From Pseudomonadota bacterium (GTDB lineage Bacteria; Bdellovibrionota_C; UBA2361; OMII01), in NCBI GenBank assembly GCA_038134595.1, contig JAYPVM010000003.1, positions 191,729 through 255,728 of the forward strand: a stretch of 64,000 nt of DNA. Reading direction: 5' to 3'. A program made the translations under genes and the position numbers. This document shows positions 49,775 through 59,539 of the stretch, piece by piece (the first letter of the stretch is position 1; the number at the start of each line of letters is the position of its first letter). Below the pieces are notes generated by a model. That model worked only from the letters and a program-made list of their open reading frames with translations, was not told where the DNA came from and searched no databases.

Positions 49775-52700
49775 TGCCTAGGAATGCTCCTCTTTAGGGT
49801 CGACTCGATTTCTTTCCACTTTTCAGCAGTCACCTCAGCGTCTCCTGCCACCACCGGCCTGTACTTCTCGCCGTTTATCTCCACGGACCAAGGACATACC
49901 TGGAGTGAAGTACCTGGCTTTAGCAACAGTTCGTGATTTGGACTACTATACCCACCGATATTGCGCTGCATTTCATCCGTAAGAAAGCTTTCGCCTAGTC
50001 CTTGAAGCTCCTCTCTGCTTATCCCCGCCTCTGACCACTTATCAGGGATCGGTATGCCTCTAACAGGATTATTATTATCTACATAAATAGCTAGGGTTTC
50101 CCCACCCCTCTGATACATGCTGTTTACACCATTAATGGATGTTGCGGTCAACTCCAGTAGAGTAGTCGAGGAATTGTCGGTCGGCAATGGATGCTGTTTA
50201 CCCTGTCCACGGAAGAGAAATCCTGGCTCAACTGGTCGAATTTCAATTACGGGCAGGGCAGCCAGAGTCTGAATATTATCCACGTGGCCCACGAGGTCAT
50301 CTGCCTCCTTATCAAGATATTTATTTAGGATTTGATCTATTCGCTCAAAATCAGTATTCGCTAAAGCTTCCTGAAGTTCAGAATCCTGCCGAAGCAGCAA
50401 GTTCATCTTTTGACCGTCCTCAACCCATCCTTTAATAGCCCGAAGCACATCCTGTCTAGTTAACCGGTCCGAATCTGCCAGATTGCGTCGAATGTCACCT
50501 AAGTTTGCCGAAGCATAATATTCGCTTATTTTTTGGATCAGTTTGCTGTCCCAGTTTACAGTATCGACTTCAACGCTGACTTCCTGAGAATTCTCGACCT
50601 TGAGCCGCATCCCACCCAAAGTTTCTTCGCTGTTATACCTACGCCCCACAAACTCAGCGATCTGTTCATTTGTTGGCATACTTCCAGGATTTCCAGATTC
50701 CAGTTCACGAATCTTGAGCTGTCCACCGACAATCTCCGCTTGGTAGCCGTTTTTAAGAAGATATTCAAACTGAGCCTTGTGAGCGATGGCCTCATCGCCG
50801 CCTCTTCGGTGCGCTAATTCGTGTACGATATCCGAGGCGTGAATCACTCGTTCCATCCTACTCATGGAGTCAGTGTCGATCTTTAGAACATTGATCTCTC
50901 CCGTATGCGGATTCTCGTAAGCTCTCACCAGTCTTGATTCGGCTTTGATTTGCGCGACCTCTTGAGCTGTGGGAGCGCGGCCGTTTTCTCTTCTCAGCTC
51001 ACTAATCGATTCTTCCACGAAGCGCGTGCGAAGACTCTCTGCGTCCTGTAGGTAGTTAACTCTTGGCTTTTCTGGTTGGGCTGATGTCGTAACCGCCCCC
51101 ATCCGCCTCGGCGGAAGCGAGGAAAGAGCGTTACCAACAACAATCGACTGCAGATTCTGGGCGAGGGCCTGGTCAAATGAGATTGTTCCGTCAGTCAATA
51201 TCGTCGCGCCAAGACCGAGCGTTATATCCGCCCCGGTATCGACCACTATCGTTGAGAGCTTTCCTAAGGTCGTCTTAGCACCATCTCGAAGGGCGCCTGT
51301 TTTCGCGCCAATTCCGCCTCCCACGGCACCGGACCCGATATTGACTATACCTCGCAAAGCTAAGTCATCGAGTCCAAGCCCCAACTCACTCAATCGCGCG
51401 TCGAGCGCCTCCCGACGTGCCTCCGGCGATAGTCCTTGAAATTCGGGAGATCTGTTAAACTCGGCTATCGCCTCGTTTCTGCGGTAAAGCGTCTGTGCTG
51501 TATCGAAGGCGGTTGTCGTGGTGCCCGACGCACTTCCTCCGATTGCTCCAGTGAGAGGTCGAGCGACTGTAGTGGAGAGTTTGCCCGCAAGTGATGAGGA
51601 TTGGAATACGCGCCCTGCACCCAGCCCCGTCGCGGTTGCACCGGCGCTTTGGATAGATGTAAGAGCGTCTTCAGAAAAGCGCCTCTCGAAATCCGCCCGC
51701 GCTTCTTCTCCAGTTTTTAGCCCTGTCGCAAAGCCGGTAACCTGCTCCGTAGCGTTACTGAGCGAGCCGACGGCAATCCCTCCCGCGGAGCCCCCCGCGA
51801 ATGAGAGGAAAATTCCAGCCCCCGCACCCGCGGTCGCTATCGTCGCCACGGTGGCTCCCGCCACTACAGTAACGGTTCGAACGACCTCAAGACTAGTCTC
51901 CCAAGTGTTGGCGCTCGCCACGGCGGCATCTAATTGCCGTGTTACTTCACGGTTTCTTTGCTGCCAGCTCTTTGAGGGCTTTGTCAAGGTCTGAGAGATA
52001 CTTTCTGGATTGGCAAGGTCAGCGGTCGCTTGATTGATTAACGCCGCTTGGTTGAACAGCGCCTGGGCCTTCTGGATGTTTCCTTGCCTCTCCGCCTCGA
52101 AGCCAGCGCGCGTCCATTTGATGTATTCCTCGCGAGACCTATTGACGCTCTTTAGCTCCTCCAATAACTGACCGGTTGCGGTGTTTTGCTCATCTGCTGT
52201 TGACAAGAAGTTGTCGCGTGACGCCTCCATCGCCGATGTAGTTCCAGTGGCCCAGCTCGCGAAGTCTTGAAACGGGTTCCAGGAAGAGTTCACCGTGGTG
52301 ATATCCTCGGTTGCTTGACGCGCATCGTTGATGTTGGACTGCGCCCGCCTAATGGAAGCCTTGCTCGCATCCTGAAGTCGGTGTTCTTGCTGGTCGTAGC
52401 GAGCGATGTTCTGAGCGAATGCCTCTCTTCTCTCGATCTCCTGACGCTGCGCCTCCTCGAGCCGCTGCAATCCGGTGTCTATAGCCTCAAGGCTCGTCTT
52501 TCTATCCGCGTCCTCAAGCACAAGCAGCCCAGAATCGATATTCGCGTTCGCCTCGGCGAGATGGGCCGCTGAGATAGGCTGTTCTTTGCTTAACTCCGCC
52601 GCTCTCTTGAGGAAAGAGTCGGAGGTTGCGAGACTACTTGAGAGGCTCGACTTCATAATCTCTAGTGCGGTCGCAGTCTCCCCAAGCGACTGTAATTGAT

Positions 52701-53277
52701 CCTTTTTGACCTCAAGGATCCCCGCGAGACGTCGAGGGTCTCTCTCATCGAGCTTCTCAAGTTCTTGAATCTCCTTTTGCAGATTGTCAACTCTTTGCGA
52801 AAGCCGCTCCTGGCGTTTCTCGATTCCATCGATTGTCCGTTCAGTGTTCGCGTGGAGTAAGGTCGCCGCTGATTGCTTAAGGAGAAGCTCTGCTCTAACT
52901 TGAAGCTCTTGAAGAGTGGCGGGGTCTGCGTTCGGGCCAAGTGTCTTAATCTGCTCGTTGACCTGTTGATGCTGAGCCAGTAGGTCCTGTGATGTCTTGA
53001 GACTCGTGCTGAGACGGGCTCGCTGTTCGGGTGAGGAGCCATTTACAGCATCTCGCTGAAAGGTATCTTGTAGCTTCAAAACCTGTTCCGCGCGAGGATC
53101 CGGTGCCATTGTGGGCTCAGTACGAGCTTGTTGGGTTTGGCGCGCCTCGCGCATCAAATTTCTTCGAGCTTCTTGACGAGACTCGCCTGTGGACGGGGCC
53201 TTGGCCTGCTGTTCTGGCGCGGCCGATTGGTCGGGATTTCGTTGATTGGGCTTACTGCCTTGTGCTAGCTCTGCCAT
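49771..53277 (-). CDS. Polymorphic-toxin-like protein: coiled coil, Gly/Ala hydrophobic region, HEXXH peptidase, C-terminal ADP-ribosyltransferase-like domain
   Basis: HELAH..GGDE (50809-50823); LFRG (R at 50209-50211), TATS (50137-50148), NHELLLKPG (E at 49930-49932). Confidence 0.75.
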   Translation of the reverse strand: MAELAQGSKPNQRNPDQSAAPEQQAKAPSTGESRQEARRNLMREARQTQQARTEPTMAPDPRAEQVLKLQDTFQRDAVNGSSPEQRARLSTSLKTSQDLLAQHQQVNEQIKTLGPNADPATLQELQVRAELLLKQSAATLLHANTERTIDGIEKRQERLSQRVDNLQKEIQELEKLDERDPRRLAGILEVKKDQLQSLGETATALEIMKSSLSSSLATSDSFLKRAAELSKEQPISAAHLAEANANIDSGLLVLEDADRKTSLEAIDTGLQRLEEAQRQEIERREAFAQNIARYDQQEHRLQDASKASIRRAQSNINDARQATEDITTVNSSWNPFQDFASWATGTTSAMEASRDNFLSTADEQNTATGQLLEELKSVNRSREEYIKWTRAGFEAERQGNIQKAQALFNQAALINQATADLANPESISQTLTKPSKSWQQRNREVTRQLDAAVASANTWETSLEVVRTVTVVAGATVATIATAGAGAGIFLSFAGGSAGGIAVGSLSNATEQVTGFATGLKTGEEARADFERRFSEDALTSIQSAGATATGLGAGRVFQSSSLAGKLSTTVARPLTGAIGGSASGTTTTAFDTAQTLYRRNEAIAEFNRSPEFQGLSPEARREALDARLSELGLGLDDLALRGIVNIGSGAVGGGIGAKTGALRDGAKTTLGKLSTIVVDTGADITLGLGATILTDGTISFDQALAQNLQSIVVGNALSSLPPRRMGAVTTSAQPEKPRVNYLQDAESLRTRFVEESISELRRENGRAPTAQEVAQIKAESRLVRAYENPHTGEINVLKIDTDSMSRMERVIHASDIVHELAHRRGGDEAIAHKAQFEYLLKNGYQAEIVGGQLKIRELESGNPGSMPTNEQIAEFVGRRYNSEETLGGMRLKVENSQEVSVEVDTVNWDSKLIQKISEYYASANLGDIRRNLADSDRLTRQDVLRAIKGWVEDGQKMNLLLRQDSELQEALANTDFERIDQILNKYLDKEADDLVGHVDNIQTLAALPVIEIRPVEPGFLFRGQGKQHPLPTDNSSTTLLELTATSINGVNSMYQRGGETLAIYVDNNNPVRGIPIPDKWSEAGISREELQGLGESFLTDEMQRNIGGYSSPNHELLLKPGTSLQVCPWSVEINGEKYRPVVAGDAEVTAEKWKEIESTLKRSIPRQ

Positions 53278-53511
53278 AGTATCTTAAGCATCCGTCGGGC
53301 TATCACAGCTGCCCAATGACTTGGTTTCGGCATATTAGCGGTGATACTTTATCTCTTAGGTCGTTTTAGAGAAGGGATAAGCGATTGATAAAAGGAACGT
53401 TGGCTTGTGAGTAAGGAGCTCTTAATGCGCAAAAGCAGTACGTGGAGCCTAATGCGGTTATCGCCATACTCACGAGTAGGTATTTCTACCAGGTAATGGA
53501 TAGTTGCTTCT

Positions 53512-53706
53512 ATGAACAAGAGTGAGAGGTCGGGGTCATTTTTTTCTCGCGTTGAAAAGCAGGTAGATGGCGCCACAGCCCCGTTTCTGTACCTGGGCCC
53601 AGCGTCTAAGCTTATAAGCTATGAAGGAGATAGACCTATTAGCATGGTGTGGGAATTACAGTATCCAATGCCAGCAGCTCTATTTGAAGAAGCGCGGGCT
53701 ACGTAA
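53512..53706 (+). pseudogene. C-terminal remnant of a DUF3427-domain (helicase-associated) gene
   Basis: G.TAPFLYLGPA..ISYEGDRPISMVWELQYPMPAALF matches the recalled DUF3427 C-terminus; the rest of the gene is absent. Confidence 0.7.
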
Positions 53707-53837
53707 CCCAGCGCAGATGCAGAACAGGTGCAAATTCGCAGTACCTTACTCATCTGATGAGACACGTTGTTGCGATTGTGAACTTTAGTCGCTATTTCTC
53801 TCCTGGCTTCGTTGCAAGTGCCACTAGGAGAATCGCT

Positions 53838-54632
53838 ATGTCATTTTGTCGCTCTTTGTTCGCTTTCTGTTTCGTCTTTGTTGTGTCGCTTGTTGGATGT
53901 GGTGGTGGGGGTGGAGGCGGCAGTAGTGCTTGCGCTGCGCTTAAGATAAACGGAGGAGAGAGCTGCTCTGAAGGGGCGCCAACGGTGGTTGCAGTTGATG
54001 TTGCATACACCGATAACACCGGATTTGGCTGCTCTGGTACATTAATTTCTCAAACAGCGGTACTAACCGCAGCCCACTGTTTCGAGAAACCTGTTAGCAC
54101 GGTTACAGTAGGCTCTGTATCTTTTGTAGCAGGTGCGTCGGCCGTTTATAAACATCCTCTATATCGGGGTGTCCTTAATGGTTTCGATCTTGCAATCGTA
54201 AAACTTGCCCAACCCGTACCAGTCGGGCCAACACCAATTCTACTAAGCGCAGCGCCTGCGCCGGGCTCCGAGGTCATTGCATACGGTTACGGCCTCGATG
54301 AGCAGGGAAGAGGACCGCTAGAGAGGTTGGAACAGGGAGACTCTGCGCTTAAAGCGACCAAACTTACCTTCACAGCCGGCGGTCTTTTTTACCAAGCGGC
54401 TTCTAACGGTGCGGGAAATATTTGCAAAGGCGACTCCGGTGGACCACTCCTGGCAAAAAACGAAGATGGGGCTTGGGGAATAATTGGTGTTACCAGTTTC
54501 TCCACCAATCTAAGTAATACCGTTAGGTGCGTACCTATTTCGGCCGGCGCTATCGCTACCTATTGGCCGGTGCAAAGCCCAGATGCTTACGCGTTTATAA
54601 GGAGCCATGTGCCGGATGTTGCGATTAATTAG
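53838..54632 (+). CDS. Trypsin-like (S1) serine protease lipoprotein
   Basis: AGGAG SD; lipobox LVGC + poly-Gly; LTAAHC, DLAIV, GDSGGP triad. Confidence 0.92.
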   Translation: MSFCRSLFAFCFVFVVSLVGCGGGGGGGSSACAALKINGGESCSEGAPTVVAVDVAYTDNTGFGCSGTLISQTAVLTAAHCFEKPVSTVTVGSVSFVAGASAVYKHPLYRGVLNGFDLAIVKLAQPVPVGPTPILLSAAPAPGSEVIAYGYGLDEQGRGPLERLEQGDSALKATKLTFTAGGLFYQAASNGAGNICKGDSGGPLLAKNEDGAWGIIGVTSFSTNLSNTVRCVPISAGAIATYWPVQSPDAYAFIRSHVPDVAIN

Positions 54633-55151
54633 GCGATGAGCCGCAGTAAGTTCCTCACTTTTGTGCGAGGCAAGTCTCGGAGCCGGTTGTTATCAGGAGG
54701 CCTGAAGTGCTGCACAAGATAGATGTAAGATAACCCCAGTAAGGCGCTCTATGAGCTCGCAACAATCCGGAAAATATGGGCATAACATGTTTCGATACGT
54801 TAAAAGCTTATGCCAAATAATGGGCGGGAGTGAGCATAGACCTTGCTTTTAACCTGAATTTCAGTGAGCGCTATAAAATGGTATTGCCGGGAAGCCGAAT
54901 TTGTTTACTACTAGATGCAATAAATACCTATCTCTATGAAACTAAATCTTAGGGTAAGGCACGCCAGTTGAAGCCGGCGATGGTTTGCTGTTTTGGGCGA
55001 TGTTGCCTGGCATATTTGACATCGATAGTTCGACTCGATCCGGGTTCGGTGTATGAGCAAGAGATCGTCAAAAGAACTGCCCAACGAGGGCTACGATTAA
55101 AGCCTAGCGAAGGAGACGAGTGCACAAGCCGAACCAAGGAGAGGAAGAGCC

Positions 55152-56096
55152 ATGATATCCCGAAGTTATTATCGCATCTACTTAGGCAAAAAGAATGCAT
55201 ATGCCGAGCAATGCTTCTCAGAAGGTTTTGTAGGCGTCTCGTTTGGTATTGAGCGAGACCTGACGGAGTATCTTGCAAAGGATTTACGGGCATTTACTAG
55301 CGAGCTTATCCCGCTCTTTATTGGGCGACACCCTGAAAAGACAAAGGTGGCAGCTGGTCTCGCCTGCGGGGCGCTTTATACCCTCGGTAAAGGCATCTCT
55401 CCGGGGGATTTGCTTTTTTGCCCCGACGGAAACGGCAACTACCGAGTTGGCGAGGTGGTGAGCGATTACTACTACGAGGCAAGCGATACGCTACCTCACC
55501 GGCGCAAAGTAAGCTGGCAAAACGGTTTTATTGAGAAGGGCGCTATGAGCCAAGCGCTCCAAAACTCGATCGGCTCGATAGCTACCGTTTGCCACATCAC
55601 CAAATATGCATCGGAGTTAGAAGACCTACTCAAGGGGAATTATGGCGCTCGAATTGAAATAGCCGACCAGACCATTGAGGACCCGGTGGTCTTCGCACTA
55701 GAGAGGCATCTTGAGGACTTTCTTGTCCGAAACTGGGCAAGTACAATACTCGGTCAAGAGTATGACATCTACGAGGAAGAGGGCGAAAATATAGGGCAAC
55801 AGTTCCCCTCAGATACTGGGCCGATAGATATTCTGGCGATTAGCAAAGATAAAAGAGAGCTTCTCGTTGTGGAACTTAAAAAGGGAAGAGCAAGCGACGC
55901 TGTTTTAGGACAAATACAGCGTTACATGGGGTATGTCCTAGGCGAACTAGCGGAGGACGGTCAGACAGTAAAGGGGCTCATTATCGCTTTAGAGGATGAC
56001 TTGCGACTTCGACGAGCCCTTCAAGTAACAAGTAATATCTCCTTTTACCGATATGAAGTGGATTTCCGGCTCTTCCCGGCGCTAGCCCAAAAATAG
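55152..56096 (+). CDS. PD-(D/E)xK endonuclease (NucS C-terminal-like) with Mrr-associated-type N-terminal domain
   Basis: FALERHLEDFL, GPIDILA...VVELKKGRASD.VLGQIQRYMG; N-terminal GEV.SDYYY...HRRKV.W. Confidence 0.85.
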   Translation: MISRSYYRIYLGKKNAYAEQCFSEGFVGVSFGIERDLTEYLAKDLRAFTSELIPLFIGRHPEKTKVAAGLACGALYTLGKGISPGDLLFCPDGNGNYRVGEVVSDYYYEASDTLPHRRKVSWQNGFIEKGAMSQALQNSIGSIATVCHITKYASELEDLLKGNYGARIEIADQTIEDPVVFALERHLEDFLVRNWASTILGQEYDIYEEEGENIGQQFPSDTGPIDILAISKDKRELLVVELKKGRASDAVLGQIQRYMGYVLGELAEDGQTVKGLIIALEDDLRLRRALQVTSNISFYRYEVDFRLFPALAQK

Positions 56097-56477
56097 CCCG
56101 CCAAGCTCTTAAATCGGTAGAAGTAGATCTTAAAAACCTGATTTCAAAACAAGATTTAATGGAACCTTCGCAAGTATCTTTATGTAAGTTGTTCGTAAAT
56201 ATGGCTTGCGTTGAGCAAGTAACTGGCGCCACGTAGGAAACCAGAACCAAGCATCAGAGGATATAGCCAAACCCTGAGTAGCCCCCAAGTCAGAAAAAGA
56301 CTAAGTGCTAGTTGTCGCAGCCTAGCAGTTCAATGACGCCGTCTGCTCACACCCTGATTTGGGTGTTCCACCCTGTGAAACACCCCCGAGAATCTCCTGC
56401 GAAGAGAAATTCTGTGCCTAGATTACACACGCTAAACATGGTACAAGATAGCCGAATCGTTACAGTTTAGGTCGCTT

Positions 56478-58220
56478 ATGAATCAACAAAATCTCTCTTC
56501 ATTTATCTGGTCGATCGCGGACCTCCTTCGCGGCGACTACAAGCAATCTGAGTATGGTCGGGTCATTCTGCCGTTTACCGTACTACGTCGGCTTGATTGC
56601 GTGTTGGAGAACACCAAAGCGGACGTTCTTAAGGAGCTTGAGGTTCGTACCAAGGCAAAGCTCAATCCTGAGCCGTTCCTCCTTCGTAAGTCAGGACAGC
56701 ACTTTTACAACTCATCACCTCTGGATATGAAGAAGTTAATGGGTGACCAGGACCACATCAAAGAGAACCTCTATTCTTACATCCAGGGCTTCTCAACAGC
56801 GGTGCGGGATATCTTTGAATGTTTCGATTTCCATACGCAGGTGGATCGGCTCGCTAAAGCTAATCTGCTCTACCTCGTCGCAGAGAAGTTCGTGAATATC
56901 GACCTTCATCCTGAGGCTGTGAGTAATGCACAAATGGGGGTTGTGTTCGAGGAACTTATTCGAAAGTTCGCTGAAATCTCCAACGAAACGGCAGGAGAGC
57001 ACTTCACCCCGAGAGAGGTTATCCGCTTGATGGTTAATCTTCTCTTCATCGAGGATGATGAGGCGCTTACTAACCCCGGAGTTGTTCGCTCGCTCTATGA
57101 TCCAACCGCTGGAACCGGGGGGATGTTATCCGTCGCAGACGAGCACTTAAGCTCTCACAACCCCGATGCTCGGCTCGTAATGTATGGGCAGGAGCTAAAT
57201 CCCGAATCCTACGCCATCTGCAAAGCCGACATGCTTATTAAGGGGCAAGACGTAGGAAACATTATCCTTGGCAATACGCTCTCTGCTGACGGGCTTGAGG
57301 GGAAGCACTTTGACTACATGCTATCAAACCCGCCCTTCGGAGTTGAATGGAAAAAGATTCAGAAAGAGATTCGCAAAGAGGCCGAGGATAAAGGGTTTAA
57401 TGGACGTTTCGGTCCAGGCCTTCCGAGAGTGAGCGACGGTTCTCTGCTCTTCTTGTTGCACCTAGTTTCGAAGATGCGTCCAGCAAAAGACGGCGGCAGC
57501 AGATTCGGGATTGTTCTTAACGGTTCACCACTCTTCACGGGAGGCGCAGGCTCGGGAGAGAGCGAGATTCGACGCTACGTTCTTGAGAACGATTTGGTGG
57601 AAGCGATTATCGGCCTTCCGACGGACATGTTCTACAATACCGGCATCAGTACTTACGTGTGGGTAGTGAGTAACCGCAAGCCTGAGCACCGCAAAGGAAA
57701 GGTGCAGCTTATAGATGCCAGCAACTTCTTCCAAAAGATGCGAAAGAGCCTTGGCTCCAAGCGAAAGGAGCTTAGCCCAGAGCATATCGAAGAGATTACG
57801 AACATATTTGGTGAATGTAAGGAGCTCTCAAAGGATGGCGTTCCTATTAGTAAAATTTTTAAGAACGAAGATTTTGGGTATCGCACCATCACCGTAGAGC
57901 GGCCAGAGCGTAACGAAGAAGGCGAGATTGTTCTTGGCACTAAGGGCAAGGGCAAAGGCAAGCCAGTGCCAGACGCGAAACTTAGGGATAATGAGAACGT
58001 GCCTCTAAGCGAGGATGTAGAGGAGTATTTTAAGCGCGAGGTGCTTCCTCATGTGCCGGACGCTTGGATTGACCATGAGAAGACTAAGGTTGGGTATGAA
58101 ATTCCGTTCAATCGACACTTCTATGTGTTTAAGCCACCGAGAGAGTTGTCGGAGATTGATGCAGAGTTGAAAGGGGTGACAGGACGGATACTTGAGATGA
58201 TTGGGGGGCTTTCGGCGTGA
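56478..58220 (+). CDS. hsdM: Type I R-M methyltransferase subunit
   Basis: [37 protein letters not shown] (m6A). Confidence 0.96.
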   Translation: MNQQNLSSFIWSIADLLRGDYKQSEYGRVILPFTVLRRLDCVLENTKADVLKELEVRTKAKLNPEPFLLRKSGQHFYNSSPLDMKKLMGDQDHIKENLYSYIQGFSTAVRDIFECFDFHTQVDRLAKANLLYLVAEKFVNIDLHPEAVSNAQMGVVFEELIRKFAEISNETAGEHFTPREVIRLMVNLLFIEDDEALTNPGVVRSLYDPTAGTGGMLSVADEHLSSHNPDARLVMYGQELNPESYAICKADMLIKGQDVGNIILGNTLSADGLEGKHFDYMLSNPPFGVEWKKIQKEIRKEAEDKGFNGRFGPGLPRVSDGSLLFLLHLVSKMRPAKDGGSRFGIVLNGSPLFTGGAGSGESEIRRYVLENDLVEAIIGLPTDMFYNTGISTYVWVVSNRKPEHRKGKVQLIDASNFFQKMRKSLGSKRKELSPEHIEEITNIFGECKELSKDGVPISKIFKNEDFGYRTITVERPERNEEGEIVLGTKGKGKGKPVPDAKLRDNENVPLSEDVEEYFKREVLPHVPDAWIDHEKTKVGYEIPFNRHFYVFKPPRELSEIDAELKGVTGRILEMIGGLSA

Positions 58221-59539
58221 GTTTTCCTACATATCGAAATTACAGGCCAAGTGGCGAATTATGGCTGGGGCAGGTGCCGGCCCATTGGACACTCCGCCGC
58301 CTAGGTTTTTATTTCATCGAACGACGACAAAAGGTGAGTGACAAGGTGTTTAAACCGTTGTCCGTTTCTAAGGCCGGTATTGTTCCGCAAATCGAGACAG
58401 CTGCGAAAACGGACGATGGTGATAATCGGAAGAGAGTTAATCGCGGCGATTTCGTCATAAATTCTCGTTCTGACCGAAAGGGCTCCTCGGGCGTGTCTGA
58501 GCTAGAAGGGTCTGTTTCGCTGATTAATACGGTTCTGATTCCTCAAGAGCCTGTTTGCATGAGGTTCATACATCATCTTTTCCGCAGTGTGCTATTTCAG
58601 GAGGAGTACTATCGACACGGTAAAGGCATAGTTGCCGATTTGTGGAGTACTAATTTCTCGGAGATGAAAAATATTTGTTTGTCCATGCCGCCCTCCTCGG
58701 AGCAAGAACAAATCGCCTCCTTCCTCGACCAAGAAACCTCCAAAATCGACGCGCTCATCTCGGAGCAGCAACGCCTGATTGAACTACTCAAAGAGAAGCG
58801 CCAAGCGGTTATCTCGCACGCTGTTACCAAGGGGTTGAATCCTGACGTTCGGATGAAGCCTTCGGGCGTTGAATGGCTGGGAGAGGTGCCGGAGCAATGG
58901 GAGGTTCAGCGTTTGAAGTATGTTTGTCAGTTGCTTACCAGTAACAACGACAAAAAGACGGTCGAGGGCGAGGTTATGATTCGTTTGTGTAACTACACGG
59001 ACGTTTATTACAACGAAAAGATACTCTGCAATCTTCCCTTCATGGAGGCCAGTGCCACCGAATCTCAGGTGGAAAAATTCACTCTGCGAAAAGGCGATAC
59101 GATAATTACTAAAGATTCAGAATCGCCAGATGATATTGCTATTCCGAGCTATGTTCCAAAGAATTTGCCCGGGGTGGTGTGTGGGTATCATTTGGCAATT
59201 CTGCGCCCGTTCGTTGCTCTCGAGGGGCTCTTCTTGAGTAGGTTGTTTCAGTCGAATTATATCAAGTCGGCCTGTGCGGTGGGCGCGAATGGGTTAACTC
59301 GCTATGGGCTTTCGCAGGCCGCCATCAGTGATTTGGAGTTGCCCGTGCCTCCCGTAGATGAACAAATCAAAATCGCGTCTTTTCTTGAGGAGACTACTAG
59401 TAGGATAGATTCATTGGTTGCGGATGCTGTAAAAACCGTGTCTCTTCTCCAAGAGCGCCGCACCGCCCTAATCTCCGCCGCCGTAACCGGCAAGATAGAT
59501 GTTCGTAACTATGCCTCCACCCAAAAGGACGCCGCATGA
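58217..59539 (+). CDS. hsdS: Type I R-M specificity subunit
   Basis: Two TRDs with conserved repeats [13 protein letters not shown] / [35 protein letters not shown]. Confidence 0.95.
   Translation: MSFPTYRNYRPSGELWLGQVPAHWTLRRLGFYFIERRQKVSDKVFKPLSVSKAGIVPQIETAAKTDDGDNRKRVNRGDFVINSRSDRKGSSGVSELEGSVSLINTVLIPQEPVCMRFIHHLFRSVLFQEEYYRHGKGIVADLWSTNFSEMKNICLSMPPSSEQEQIASFLDQETSKIDALISEQQRLIELLKEKRQAVISHAVTKGLNPDVRMKPSGVEWLGEVPEQWEVQRLKYVCQLLTSNNDKKTVEGEVMIRLCNYTDVYYNEKILCNLPFMEASATESQVEKFTLRKGDTIITKDSESPDDIAIPSYVPKNLPGVVCGYHLAILRPFVALEGLFLSRLFQSNYIKSACAVGANGLTRYGLSQAAISDLELPVPPVDEQIKIASFLEETTSRIDSLVADAVKTVSLLQERRTALISAAVTGKIDVRNYASTQKDAA

Noticed and set aside
56348..56387. Short CACCC/GGGTG inverted repeats upstream of hsdM
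   Set aside because: Stems of only 5-7 bp cannot be distinguished from chance without comparative data.
58217..59539. Phase-variable or shuffling hsdS
   Set aside because: Single hsdS; no simple-sequence tract, silent TRD or recombinase seen.
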